This document shows, one piece after another, positions 27,159 through 46,167 of a stretch of 64,000 nucleotides of DNA; the first letter of the stretch is position 1, and each line of letters begins with the position of its first letter. The notes below the pieces were generated by a model. The model was given only the letters and a program-made list of their open reading frames with translations, was not told the DNA's origin and ran no database searches. This stretch comes from Calcarisporiella thermophila CBS 279.70 (taxonomy: Eukaryota; Fungi; Calcarisporiellomycota), in assembly GCF_041956535.1 (NCBI RefSeq), contig NW_027192193.1:688719-752718 (forward strand). Direction: 5' to 3'. Both the position numbers and the translations under genes were made by a program.

Positions 27159-27988
27159 ATGCTTAGAGCCCTACTCTTAGCCCTCCTCCTCCTCTTGCTC
27201 TCCATTGATACCAATGCCTGTGAGCGAGAGTGTAGAAATGCTATCAGCATAGCATTCGCAGAAAACTACTCTCCAAAGATCAAGGAGGAGTATCGGGAGC
27301 TGAGGAATGAATTGCGACAATTTGTCTCAGTGCATCCTCAGCATGTGTTGCTTGCTAATTCCATTAATAAAGGTAAGCACAAACTTATGTTTTACTCATA
27401 CAAGCATCAATATGTTAAACTCACTTCACGCTTCTCTTGCGATGCTCTTTCTCAGTCGTGAATTCACTAGAGAATAACACGCTGTCTATCCTCCCGAAAA
27501 TGATGGACGAAAACATATGTAAGTGTTTGTCAATACAACGGTATGCAGGACTTTACTGATTTGCGCGGTTCTACTCTAGTCGCAAAATACAGGGGACACT
27601 GCTTTTGGACGCTGGGAGAGCTGTGTGGTTCTCCCGTTTCTATTTCCTACCACATCCAGGACGTTCTCAACCTCACACGACAAGCGATTGTTCGCAACAT
27701 GACCAGCCGTGCTGTTCGCGGAGGAGAATACGAGACAAAATTGATAGCCGCAGCCCAAGAGGTGGTGGGCGATGACCGAACAGCACGACTGAGAAGTGGT
27801 TTTACAGCCTCACTGCGCAGATTTAGCGAGCATGTGTTGGAAAAGTTTTGCGAAAGCGGATGCGGAGATAAATGGATACCACCCATCCGTAAAATCTTGG
27901 CTCAGGTAAGCCTCGGTGAATGCATTCTTTGCTATTCTGTTAGTGATCACAGTCTAATCCTGGTTTGTTCTGCGTGTAGTTCCCATAA
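27159..27988 (+). CDS. Secreted cysteine-containing protein of unknown function
   Basis: Signal peptide, then CERECRNAISIAFAENY; exons join to give FAKYRGHC..LCGSPVSISYH..FCESGC..WIPPIRKILAQ/FP*; three GT-AG introns. Confidence 0.75.
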
Positions 27989-28715
27989 ATCAGCCCTCAT
28001 CCCCTAATATTTAAATCTATTTATTAAATTTTCTGCGTATTTATTGTAATGCTATATTTAAATGTGTTCTTTTAATCCCCATTCTCCGGTAAATAAAATG
28101 CCTTTTTCAAGTTCCGGGCTCGGTTCATTGTATTCTTAAGGTCCCCTTGACTTCAAGATTGAGCCGTTACGTTTGGGTCGATTGGAACCAGAGCAAGTCC
28201 CACCTTATTATCTTGAACTTGAATCACTTACACGAACTTGCCATCCTCGTGTAATACATGTCAAAAGAGAAACGATCCAAAATATAAATTTATTCTTTAA
28301 CACACTTTTTTAAGAATGGAATCGTTACGAGGCTATATTTATATGTATTAACCTTTATCCATGCTTTTGCTTCTTGGTGCTAGGTGTTCTCTAAATCAAA
28401 CTCTTCGGGAACAAATGGCAGAGTATTCTGGCTTTGAAACAAGTACTGGAGATATAGGAAATCTTTGATTAAAGAATTGACGGATTCCAATTTATTAGAT
28501 TTCGCATAAGCCCCCTCAATCCTTTTAATTGTACCGTCGAAACGTAGATGAACTTTTAGATTCAAGTGAATTTCCATACCATTGATAATTAAAAAGAGGA
28601 GGGAGTAAGCGGAATAGAAGAGCATTATATATTTTAGCTTGCTTTATCATATTTTTTTTAAAAATAAATTGGGAGATTGAAATCTCCTTTCCCGACTTAT
28701 CCTTAACCTCGCACC

Positions 28716-33782
<5,067 letters not shown>

Positions 33783-34622
33783 AATAGCTAGCTATTTTTT
33801 TTTTTTTTGCTTTGGGATTATATTATTATTTTATATGCGTGCATTCTTGTTAGAGCTATATCTTATATGCCTTTAGTTTGATTTATTTTTTATATTAGTA
33901 TATATATTATTTTATTTTTATTACTCTTTTTTATTTTTTATTTTTACTACTTCTAATAGCTATTTTCTCTTGTGCTTTTTGTATTTTGTTTATTTTCTAT
34001 TGTTTATCTTCCTAGAATTCTTAATATCTTAAGAAAAAAAATAAAGACCATGAAATCACAGCTGGAGTTAAACTGGAAACCAAAAACTCTTCATTCACTA
34101 TATGAAGGTGCTCTTTGTTAAATGGACAAAGTGAGGCTACCAAAACTATCTATTTAGATCGAAGGGATGCGCCATGATATTCCGCAATAATTTTTAAAAT
34201 GCCTTTGCAAGGATAGTATGTTTAATACCAATCCTCCCCCCCCCCCCTGCGCTCTCATATTCTCTATACTTTATCTTGGACATGCCATCAAGCGACGATT
34301 TTTTCATATTTCAACACTTTGCGCAAAGATTCTAGAGATAACATTCGAGATAAATTGTCACATTGATAGTATATGTACGAGTTTTAACTTCAATTTCTTA
34401 ACATTTCATTCTATGGTCGATACTGAACGCTGCCGGTTGAAGTTTTAAAATACTTAGGATGTTGATGGCAATCTTCTTTTAATTTTAATTTTCAAATCCT
34501 ACCCAATAAGAAGCGTGCAGCCTTCACAAGCATAGGCTATCGGTAGTTTATAAGCTACTGACCAGCCTAGCCATTACTTTTCTTCCTAATCCCACCTTTG
34601 ATTATCCACCCATTTTCTTCAG

Positions 34623-35631
34623 ATGAAAACATTCGCTACCTTTCTATCATTACTATTTATTGGAGGAACTGTGCTTAAAGGCGAGCAAATCTCTTTTAGC
34701 TCTAGCCCAGCATGCAGACGTACCTATATACTCTATCCTAGTTTAGACACACTGTTTTAACATCTTTTTGTAACTTAATAGCGGATATCATGTCATGTAG
34801 CGCTGAGAACGTCGACACATGTTGCAGTCCTAAGTATGGAGTTGTGGTGCTGGCTCTCCAGGTTTGTAGTCTGTCAACAGTAATTTTACTGGACGTTTCA
34901 TTACATAATTCTTTTCTAGTGGCTTGAGGATGCTGGACCAAAAGACGGATTTACTCTACACGGATTATGGCCTGATAAATGGTGGATATTTCTTTTCATA
35001 ATGTGCACGATAAAGCGTTATTAACATTATTTGAATAGCGATGGCCATTATCCCCCCTTTCAGGGCTGCGATCATACCCGCGCCTATAACAACGTAGAAG
35101 AAATTTTACGCAATAACACTGAGTTATATGAGAAGATGAAACGGTACTGGCCAAGCTACACCGGTGATTTAAACAAGTTCTGGTAATTCAATAATATTCC
35201 ATGGCATTGCCATCCCTTTCTTATACATATAATAATTTTTCTTTTCTTTTATATATCTCAGGTCACATGAATGGGTTAAGCATGGTACTTGTGTCACAAC
35301 ACTAGAGCCGCGCTGCTATGGCTCCGATTACCAGAAATATCAAGAAGTTCAAGATTTTTTCTCTCAAGCTTTGGCACTTCGAGACAAATTCGACATGTAT
35401 GCCACACTCGCAAAAGCGGGAATCGTCCCAGGGCGCCGCTACCGTGCCGTTGATATGCATTCGGCCATTATGGATTACCTGGATGCCGATGCAGAGTTGA
35501 TCTGCGTTCGAGGACAGCTGAGAGAGATTCGCCTTTATTTCAAGGTGCGTGGAACCGACGGATATCAAGTCATCGATTCACTTCGTTCTGGAAACTGTGG
35601 TGGATATGTAGACTACCCCGAGAAATACTGA
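34623..35631 (+). CDS. Secreted ribonuclease T2
   Basis: Signal peptide; CAS I FTLHGLWPD and CAS II FW/SHEWVKHGTC assembled across four introns. Confidence 0.93.
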
Positions 35632-36072
35632 CTACAGTTCCTCATCCTCATACCCGCACCAATCCAGTTTAATCTCTCTTGTAAGCACTCTTGTATACAC
35701 CACATGATCAAATGTTCTTTGGTATCCTCTTGTAATGAAACATATAAGCGGAAAAGGGTCGTGCCAATGCTTTTCTGAAATGATTGATCCAAAAAAAGAA
35801 ACCTTCTCGAAACAATCAGAGTTGTTAAACCGTTCATAATTACACGCCCAATAGGCATTCCAATCGATCGAAGGGCTAATTCGTTGGCCACCGCCACGCC
35901 AATGCGTTTTTTAGTTATAAAAATAAAAATCTTGATGTTTTCATTCTTCCTTTGCGCTCCGCTCCGTAGCCTCGCGTATCCATCCCTTTTTTAGTACAGC
36001 AACATCCTGGACTAAGATTCAACATATTCGATATATCTAGTTCCATTTCATCCTGTTGCTCATTCACACAAT

Positions 36073-39000
36073 ATGACGGACGTGACCTCGTTCCAAGATC
36101 AAAAGAAAATCGATGGATCGATTTCTCTGACGGGTATGCTCACCCAGATTGGCATTAATGTCGCGCTCTCTGTTGCGACATTAGTTGCCTTTTCCTACCT
36201 GCGTCCAAAACATTCGCTAGTCTATGCACGAAGTGTGAAGCACTCGGATGAAAAGTAATTGATGGTTTTACAGGCTCTGAAGACAAGTATTCACTCCTCT
36301 TTGTTAACTATAGTAAGACCCCACCACGTTTAGGCCAGGGGCTCTTAGACTGGCTGGGAGTAGTGAGGTAGGAAATCTGCATTGCTTACATGGTGAATCA
36401 AATTCAAACATTGCTACTTAACATCCTAGAATATCTGAAGAGGAAATGATAGAGAAGATTGGTTTTGATGCCGTGGTTTACATACGCTTCCTGTGGCTCT
36501 GCTTGCGCATCTTTCTTGCGCTAACTGCACTTGGCATCTGTGTGCTCATTCCCATCAATGTAGTGGCCACCATGCGGACGAATGGAGGAGAAGTTCCGGA
36601 AGGTGCAATAAAGCTTATGAGTATATCTGCGATCAGAGGAGATATCCGATGGTTTTGGGCCCATGTCATAATGACTTGGGTTTTTTCGGGCATTATTCTG
36701 TGGTTCCTTTACAGCATGTACAGAAAGCACGTCGAACTCCGGCGCAAATACTTTCTATCTGAAGAGTATCAGGCGTCCATCCACAGCCGCTCCCTTTGGG
36801 CTCTCAATGCGATTCAAATGCAGTCCGATGAGCAGTTGGCCGACTATTTTGCCAGGATAGGCCACCCCGTTCAGCAGGCTTACATGTGTCGACAGGTCAA
36901 TGATTTGCCTGAGAAAGTTGAGAAACACAATTTAGCGGTTCGAAAATTAGAGGGGGCCCTTACCAAGTATCTTAAAGGTACCGGTCCGATATTCTGCGGT
37001 TACTAAATTTAGGGATCTCACTCATCGCGACCAATTACTTTTCTACAGGAGAAAATGAAGTGGCTGAGAAACGACCGACTCATAAGGTGGGAGGCTTCCT
37101 CTTCTGCGGCGGGAAGAAGGTGGATAGCATTGAATACTACACCAATGAGATTCAACGCCTTGAGCGCGAGATTAAATTGGAGCGGGAGGAAGTCTTGTTC
37201 AACATGCCACTTTCGCATGGCTTCGTGAAATATCCGACCATCTCGCAGACGCATGGTGTAGCACGCGTCCTCGAAGGCAAACCTTTGCCCGAGAAAATCA
37301 AGGTCCTACTTGCCCCACAGCCAAAAGATATTATCTGGGAGAATGCAGTCTTGCCTCCGGCCATTCGGCACACCAGGAAATGGCTTGGAGTTCTGTTTTT
37401 CGTCATTTTCTGCTTTATTTGGATCATCCCGTTGACCATGGTCTCCGCCGTGGCCAGCATTAACAACATCGTCAAGTTTTTCCCGTTCACTAAGAGCTTC
37501 TTTGAATCGCAGAAATTTCTTACCGGTGAGGACACTCTTTCATTGATGAGTGAATTGACGCCTTGGAATTGACGCATCTATTCAGGCTTAATCGAGGCTT
37601 ACATGGCCCCCTTAGTCATGGCTATATTTTTCATGCTGCTACCGGTCCTGCTGCGATTTTTGTCAAAGAAACAAGGGGCACTTACTTACACGTCGCTTGA
37701 AAGGCACACTCTTGCTAAACTCTTCACTGTAAGCTGCTCCTCTCTCCACGCCTACAATTTTCCTCACCCTATTTATCCTCCTCATCTTCTAGTTCTTTAT
37801 CTTGAATAACTTGGTATACTACACGCTACTCACCACCCTCCTCTCAATATTCGGGCAAATAAGAGACGCCATCGGATCCGGCCAGTTCAACCTCGAAACT
37901 ATTGTAAGATCTATATTTTTCATATTAATGGTTGTTGCCAACGTAACGCTTTTGATAAACCTTTAGCGAAGCATTGTTGATCGCTTGAATGTTTTGGATT
38001 CCGTTGCAAGTGGTAAGGGGGAACGGTCTTTTTGCAGACGTTAGTTTGCGTTATAAGACGATGACAAACGTTCAATATCAAATAGGTCTCGTGAGTGTGT
38101 CCACCTTCTGGATAAACACCATCTCCCTTAGAGGGTTTTCAATAGTGATCGAACTGGCCCAGGTTGTGGCGCTACTGCTCATCACCCTTAAAAAGAGATT
38201 GCTCCGTTTGACTCCCAGAGAGCTCCAGGAATTAACGCAACCCCTCCAGTTTGACTATGCTCTCAACGGAAATATCCTTCTTTTCTTCCTCACCATCGGG
38301 TTGATTTATTCCGTCATCGCCCCGCTGGTCCTGCCCTTCACACTAGTGTTTTTCTCCCTCTCATACATGGTCTCAAGATATCAAATTATGTAGGTTAAAT
38401 ACGTCCGCCACATGTGCGCCCAAGATGCTAACCGTACATCCTAATAGCTATGTGTGTCGGACTAAGATTGAGACGGGCGGAACTATCTGGCGTGTGCTCT
38501 TCAACCGAATCGTTTTCAGCTTGATCCTCTATCAAATCATCATGATTGGCGTGATGAATATTAAAGGGGCAAACTACCTGTCCATCATCCTGATCCCTCT
38601 TCCAATCATCACTCTGGGGTTCAAATTCCTATGCAGGAGGTGGTTTGATCCCAAGTGCCGATACTACGAAGGTTCTCCCGAGGAGGGCAATGCGACGAGC
38701 GCGCGGCCTGATCTCCAGGACGAGCAGCTCTCTCGCAAATATGGCCATCCTGCTGTAAGTGGATTGAATACCTGTGCTTTGATATAAATTTAGTGACCCA
38801 ACCTTCCACCAATGACAGGTTTGGCAAGAGCTATTCACTCCTATGGTCCATGCTGACACCAAACATTTGCTCGGTAAGGTGTTCAAGGGGCACATTGCGA
38901 GCAGCGAGAAGCCCCAATTGCAACACTCCACGCAGAACGCAACCGTAATCAAGGGGCTGGACGAAAACGGCGCAGACCTGCGCATCCAGGCCGTGACCAA

Positions 39001-39244
39001 GGAGGAAATTGAAACATGGAAAGACGACTACGATGATGACAAAGGGTGGCAAATGTCTCGCCCTGTACAAATCCAAGAGGGTTACCCCGCCCATCTCAAC
39101 AATCAATATAATAGCGACCAAATGGCCACAGAACCCCCCAGAGTGCCGCCTCACGCAACCCACCAAATTCTACCGAACCAGGCCAATATAAATACCAGTG
39201 CGTATGGCTCGCAACCAGCGGATTATGCTGCGCACCGACAATAA
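36073..39244 (+). CDS. OSCA/TMEM63 (Rsn1/DUF221) mechanosensitive calcium-permeable channel
   Basis: IGFDAVVYIRFL, VLIPIN, APQPKDIIWEN, IYSVIAPLVLPF, ETGGTIW; about 11 hydrophobic segments. Confidence 0.93.
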
Positions 39245-39684
39245 TTCCATTATCCAAACTAAGAAATTGGGCACGGCAAGTTACCTCTCACTGCGCGAGA
39301 ATTATTGGCTATCTGCTGTCCCCAACCATGTTTTGTATATGCTAAAGCCAGCAGCTATAGGTTTTCTGCATCGATTCATTTATATAAAAACCCTTGATAT
39401 TTGAGCCAGACTATTTTCGTTCGTTTATTATCTGGAAACTTACTCTATTCTTGACTCTCAGTTTATCTTTATCAGTAATTTTTTAATTCTTCCCTTAGTC
39501 GAATATATGCTCATTGATTTTACACCAGCAGCATTCTAAGGATGCCGGAAATCAGTGCTAGATTTTACAGGAGCAAATTTCTTTTATAGGCAATACGGTT
39601 ACATGTGGCTTATCATGGTAACAAGTGGAGGGCAAGAGCTCTCCATTTCGAACATCGGCGTCTTCTTTGTCGGATTCTTCACAT

Positions 39685-40649
39685 ATGGAACTACAGCCAG
39701 TATACTATGATCGATCGGAATACATTGAAACCGTAAATAAGTTTATTCCCCCCAGTCTTTTTCGGCACAACCTTACGCGTCGCCGTGTTTGAATGTAGGA
39801 CACAGGGAACAAGGTCAGTCGGAACACTTGCATTACAGGCAGCCAGAACATTATTCTGGGTGGAAAGGTTCGTGTCATGCCAGGAGATGGAAATTCTGAG
39901 TGGTCTCGTTTGTCGATGTAGCAGTATTACTCAAAGGTGTTTTAAATTCTGAACCATTATCTCGCTTAGACAATTATCCAGACCAATTGTATAGTCCGGG
40001 GAGATCTTCGTAGAACAGGTGGCGGTCAGACGGTAGTCATATCGGTTGGGAGATACTGTCTTTTGGCAAAAAATTCGGTAATACGACCGCCATACAAGAC
40101 ATACAAAGGGTTGGATAAAGTTCTTGATCTATTATATGCCAACTTCGACGGAGAAAGCTAAACCTTGACTATGTTCTTTACTTTCCTTGAATATACCACA
40201 GGATATTTAGCTACTATCCAATGCGGATTGGTGATCATGTATCCGTGGGTGAAGGGAGCATCGTGGAAGCCGCGTCTATAGGCTCTTTTGTTCGCATTGG
40301 AAAAAACTGTGTCATTGTAAATAATGCTATGCATTCTAATGCCGCCTTCTCACCTGCTAAAAACTCCATCCATTCATAATAGGGCCGATTTGCTATCATC
40401 AAAGACTGCTGCCTCATCGAAGATAACACGTTTATCCCACCCAACACGGTGATCCCCTCGTTTTCCGTCTACTCTGGGTCCCCAGGTAAAATAATGTGGT
40501 ATTCTGTTGGTAAACAAGTGTGCATGCGAACTAACGTCACCACTGCAAAAACGACAGGGAAATTCGTGCGGGAGTTGCCAGAGACAGCGCAAGAGGTCTT
40601 TGAGCAAGAGACCAAAGATTATTATACACAGTTTATCCCACGTGATTAA
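39685..40649 (+). CDS. DCTN5: Dynactin subunit 5 (p25)
   Basis: [49 protein letters not shown]/..[30 protein letters not shown]; left-handed beta-helix repeats. Confidence 0.93.
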
Positions 40650-41272
40650 CGCTGCATTACCATCTCTGCATATATAATGATAATAATAATACATAATATA
40701 ACATACAAGATTCCTCCCCGCTCCGACCCTCGATTCCACGCGATGCTGACATTTTGTCTACAGGGGGAACCATCTGCTTGCTGCAGGAAAAAGCCAAACA
40801 GAAATCCTTGGGTTCATTGATTCTGTCTACAAGAAATTGTCTTAGAACAAAATTAGTATAGAACAGCTGGCCCATGATTAAAAATGCCAGCCACCCAAAC
40901 AGTAGTAGCTGCCTCTAAGCTATTGAATAACGCCGGATGACCCTCTATAAAGGGATGCGCCGATTTGTTTGATCACCTAAAAGACCACATCCTGAAGCGC
41001 TGTCATCGGCTTAAAATTTTACCATGAAAGGAGGCGGTTTTGGGTGGACCGCCACCTGACAATGAAGCTCAACCCCTAACTTCCTAATTGAAAGAAGTGA
41101 GCACAGCTCTTTTCTTATGTATCCCCTAACCTTAATGAATCCAAGAAACCTATTCGGTTAAAATCTGACCGTTGAAACTTTATGAAGGGCTGCGAATATA
41201 AAATCTCGCTAGGGGGCCGACTTTCTCACCATTTCCAGGGATTTTTAACCATCCCATGCTAACTATTGTAAA

Positions 41273-43470
41273 ATGGGCGATATCCTAGATAAATCGCATT
41301 CGAGTACGCGTGAAAACGGTGTCGATGGAGACCCTCTACAGGAGAAGGCTGAAGGCGGTGGTTTGAGTGCAGATGGTCTGGAGAAACAGGAGATGAGGGA
41401 AACTGCGGCAGAAGGGGTGCAGAGTGCAGTGCTTCCATTCAAGAGTGTGATCATTATCCTGATAGGGTATGTCGGAAGGGTTTGCGAGAAATGGGTACCC
41501 TGGGATAATAATGGCAGTAACAAAGCCGTCTACCTCTAGGCTTCTCTTGGCTGTTTTGCCTTGCGCGCTGGACCAAACGATCGTGAGCACGTGTCTCCCG
41601 CGGCTCTCCTCAGAGTAAATTCCTTGTTCTGGACTTCTACCAAAGCTTTATCGTTTAACTCGGTGCCATTCCTCCCCAACTTTATTGTCTATGCAAAATG
41701 GCTCCACTAGATTCAATGCCCTCAGCCTAATCGCGTGGGTAGGAACGGCATACACCATCAGTTTGACCGTTTTCCAGCTGCTTTATGGCCGCTTTTCAGG
41801 TATTCTCCACGAATCATGGTGGCTCTTTCCACTTATCTATTTTAACTAGCGTGGGATTTTCTATATCGCTTGGTAGACATTTTTGGCCGGCGTTCCACCT
41901 TTCTCTTCGCCATTCTATTGTTTTCGGTCGCCTCTGCATTATGTGGGGCATCACAGAACATGGTCATGCTCATCGTCTTTAGAGCTATTCAGGGTATTGG
42001 CGGGGGTGGGGTTTTCTCGCAAGCCCTTACCATCATAGCGGGTAAGAATCCTTTTCAGCGCTCCGTTTGCAGGTTTAAAGGGGCCCGTGTGGTTAATGTT
42101 TTATTTCGGGCCAGATATCACCTCTCCACGGGAGCGCGGCAAATACCAGGGTATTATAAGCGCCGCCTGGGCCTTAGCAAGCATCATCGGGCCCTTTCTT
42201 GGAGGAGTGTTTGCCGACAAGGTTTCTTGGCGATGGGCCTTCTACGTGAATCTGCCGATTGGCGCAGTGGCCGTGCTAATGGTTGCGTTCGTCCTTCGCC
42301 TCCCCCCTGTGCCAGGGGGGTTGAGAGAAAAGTTGAAGCGAATTGACTATTTGGGCTCTGCCTGCCTTGCGGTGCTCGTTGTCCTCATCCTGCTGGCGAT
42401 AAGCTTCGGGGGCAACACGATGCCGTGGAACTCACCCACGGTCATTGTGTGCTTTGTATTGGGCGGCATATTCGTTGGGGTGTTCGTCTATATCGAGGCA
42501 AGGGTCGCCCCTGATCCGGTGCTTCCCCCAAGAATATTCCTTGTATGGGATTATAGATTGACCACGATCATCTCCTTTTTATTTGGCATCGGGTTCTTTA
42601 CCTATCTCTTCTACGTATATACCTAAGCGCGCATTCTTCTCACTTTTAATAGCTGCTGACTCTTTGCTATTTTATTTTATTTTTTGTCTACACGTCCAGC
42701 TACCGGTTTACTACCAGGTTGTTCTAGGCGAGAGCGCCACCCAGAGCGGGCTCCAGATGATACCCGGCTCAATTAGTCTAGTGTTAGCGAGTGTGGCCAG
42801 CGGGTTCTTGGTCTCCAAAACCGGGAGCCTGCGGATTTTTATCTGGATTGGGATGGTGTTCATGGTAGTTGGGGCTGGGCTTCTCTCCACCCTCGATGAA
42901 AATAGCAGCCGAGGACAACAAATAGGGTACCCGGTGGTATCGGCTGTAGGAATGGGTTTCAACGTGCAAACATTGCTTCTCACCACGCAGGTGGTGGTGG
43001 AGCCCAAGGATATAGCAGTGGCGACTTCTTCGGCGCTCTTTTTCAGAACAAGTGAGAAGAAGCAAATACAAAGCTCCCTCCACCCTATGCATTACTAACC
43101 ACGTTGCATATGGCTTGTAGTAGGGGCAAGCTTCGGATTAGCCCTCGGAGGGTCTATCATCTATAATGAGTTGGCGTCGAAACTAACCGGCGTCGAGGTT
43201 CCAATCGAGGTCGTCAAGAATAATCTAGACGCCATCCAGCAACTTCCCGAACACCTTCGTGTACAGGTCATCCAAGCATACGTCTCTGGCATTCAGTGGT
43301 GCTTCCGCATCTGCACGATTGTATGGGGAATTGCTTTCGTGGGAAGCCTCTTGATCCAGCGTCATGAACTGAACCGAACCGTTGGGGCGGGACCAACTGC
43401 AAATAGGTCCGAAGGTATAGCCCAAGCAAAGCCGGGTCCAAATGATGGAGCTGCAGAGAGCACGGAATGA
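41273..43470 (+). CDS. MFS drug:H+ antiporter, 14-TMS (DHA2) type
   Basis: [68 protein letters not shown]. Confidence 0.93.
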
Positions 43471-43761
43471 TATTTGAGGCCTTTAGAAATTCTTCTGATG
43501 AAGGCGTGTGGCCATTCGAGCTGTACACTACCATCTACAGCGCATCCATGGCCGTGCATTTGCCTTTTTCATGCCTGGGCTTGGCCTGGTCCATTTCTGA
43601 TTCACCTTTGACAGGAGAGCTTTGGCTCACCACCTTTCCTATATACCATCTTTATTTAAATATATAGAAAGATAAGCAGAAATATATATAAGATATTATA
43701 ACACTATGATAAAAAATAATTATAATTCGAGGGGGTGAATCCACTGTAGTGGACTTTTTTT

Positions 43762-45619
43762 TTATAAGCAATTCAATCCCATTTCCCAGAACGATATCTC
43801 TAGTCTTGTGGCCTGCCTAAACACCTTGACCAGCTCGGCGAAGCGCTCTGGAGAGCCGACATACTTTGGCGCATCCTTTTCAAGCAGTTCTATTGGGGGG
43901 TGGGTAAGTGTGCATCAACAGAGAGAGTTAAGATTGGGAGAAGAGATGACGTATATTTACCGAGGGCATTTCGGACACTCTGCTGATAATCATCCGCGGC
44001 ATAGGTTTCTATCCATTTCCAGTAGGGGTTTCCATCTATAGAATTGCCCTGGTTAATGATCTATGACGGCAGCATGAGAGGAGATTTCATACGCACCTCG
44101 TTTAGTCCGTGGGTCGTTGAATAGTCTCGTCCCGATCTCCCCATAGCCGACGACACAGGAGGCGAGCGCCACTCGCAGAGTCATCAGGTCCCCGGTCATT
44201 CCTTGGTCAAGCACAAACCGAGTGTAGGCAATGGTGGCCATACTCTCGGGGGTATGTATCACCTCCTCGCGCGGTATTCCCCACGACTCACAATACTAAT
44301 GGTTCGAAACTCAATCTCCAAGTACGAGTTAATGGAGGGAAGTAGCCATTTACCTCGAGGTGCATGCGGCTCTCTTTTGCGATGAAAATGGTGATCTCCG
44401 AAGAGGCAGCAATCGACTCCATATCCTGGGACTTGTAGGCGGCGAGGGCATACGCACGTGCGAAGCTCTCTAAGAAGCGGTAGTCCTGCCGCAGATAGTG
44501 GATGAAGTTTTCGCGCGGAAGGGTGCCATTGGCCATTCCTTCGACGAAGGGATGGTGGGTGTAGGCGTGCCAATCCTGGATGATGGATAACTTCAACGCC
44601 TCGAAAAACCTCTCCCTACAGACACGGGGGGAATGCTTAGGCGCCCTGCTAAGATTATTGCAATGACCCAGAAGACCTACCTCCGATAGGGCAGATGTCG
44701 GATGTTGTGGAAATGATTCAGCGGGCCATGCCCATGCCCGAGAGAAAGAGACTCCCTAAGGGCGTCTTGGAGGAACGCCGAGGCTTTCTCCACCGCGTCC
44801 TTTACTTTCTTCCCCTTGGCCAGCTCGGCGGCAATGGCAGCGGAAAGAGTGCAGCCCGTCCCGTGGGTGTTTTTGGTCGAGACAAAGACATTGGGGATTT
44901 CGAAAAATTCAGACCCATCGTAGAGCACGTCATACACCACCTTGACGCCATCGCCCTCGAGCGGCAGATGACCGCCCTTTAAAAGCACATATTTCGGCCC
45001 CAGGGCCGAAATTCGCTTGGCTGCCGCCTGAAGTTCAAAATCATACACTGTTCAACACCATCCATGGGCTCACTTCAACAGAGAAACGCACGCAAACGAT
45101 ATCTACCTTCATATCATCAAGGCTCTTGATCCTCACTGAATCCATGTCTTTCGCGTGTCCGGCGCATAGTAGTTGGGCCTCGTGTATGTTTGGCGTCACC
45201 ACGAGCGTTATTGGCAATAAATCACTGATCAAGACTTCCAAAGCGTCCTCGTTCAATAAGATGGATCCCGAGGTCGACACCATGACCGGATCGACCACCA
45301 GGTTGATCACGTTTTCCTCCTTCAGCACCTGTGCAACCACCCTAACTATATCCGCGCTGAACAGCATTCCCGTTTTCGCGGCATCGACACCAATATCCTT
45401 TACCACCGCCCTCAATTGTTGCGCAACAAAGCTGGGCGCAATGTCCACGATCCCATCGACCCCCTGTGTATTCTGCGACGTCACCGCGGTGAGCACAGAG
45501 AGGCCGTAAGTTTTGAGGGCGGTGAATGTTTTGAGATCGGCCTGGATTCCCGCGCCGCCGGAGCAGTCGCTGCCCGCGATGGTAAGAGCGCGACCGACTG
45601 GCGAATCGGCTAGAGTCAT
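43762..45619 (-). CDS. THI20: Bifunctional HMP/HMP-P kinase (ThiD) + TenA thiaminase II
   Basis: LTIAGSDCSGGAGIQADLKT, VVDPVM, LKGGH, THGTGCTLS, GHGPLNH; TenA domain YLRQDY, ASCVVGY, LEISFWEMGL. Confidence 0.95.
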
Positions 45620-46167
45620 GGTGCGGCTGGTATTTTTTGGAGAGGGGAGAGCTCGAGAGGAGGACAGGCGTGTATTTTAGGGGAGAGGTACGAAAAATGA
45701 GAGCGAGCGAACCGTTCTGCCACTCAAGATTACACCGAATCCCGATTCCGAATCCTGAGGTTAGTAAGCCATTTACTATATCCATCATCAGGGCTCTCGG
45801 GCGATTTATCCTCAATTAGCGAAGAATCAGCGGGTTCCGGGGTGAAGCGACTTGAAATGAATATTCATTAGAAAAGCGAGAGAAGGAGTCAACAAATAAG
45901 AGTATAAGCAAGTAAAGACATCGAAGGATTAAAAGAAGGATAAGATTAAGAAAAGGGGGAATTAGGAGATTAAGAATTAGTAACCCAGGGTTTATTGGAT
46001 CGAAATGGAAAAGGTATTAGTGACAAGACTAAAAGAACATCCACAATAAATAGCCCCGCCCCGGCTCGTTCAAAGCAAAGGAATCAACAGTGTAATAAAT
46101 AGTAAGTAAATAGAAATAGAAGATATGGTGCAGAATAAGGCGAGGCGAAGAGAGGGGCGGCGGCCGT

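Noticed and set aside
45620-45900. TPP riboswitch upstream of THI20
   Set aside because: I could not find the CUGAGA plus UGAU..UAAU..AGCG core in the upstream region; an Rfam RF00059 scan would be decisive.
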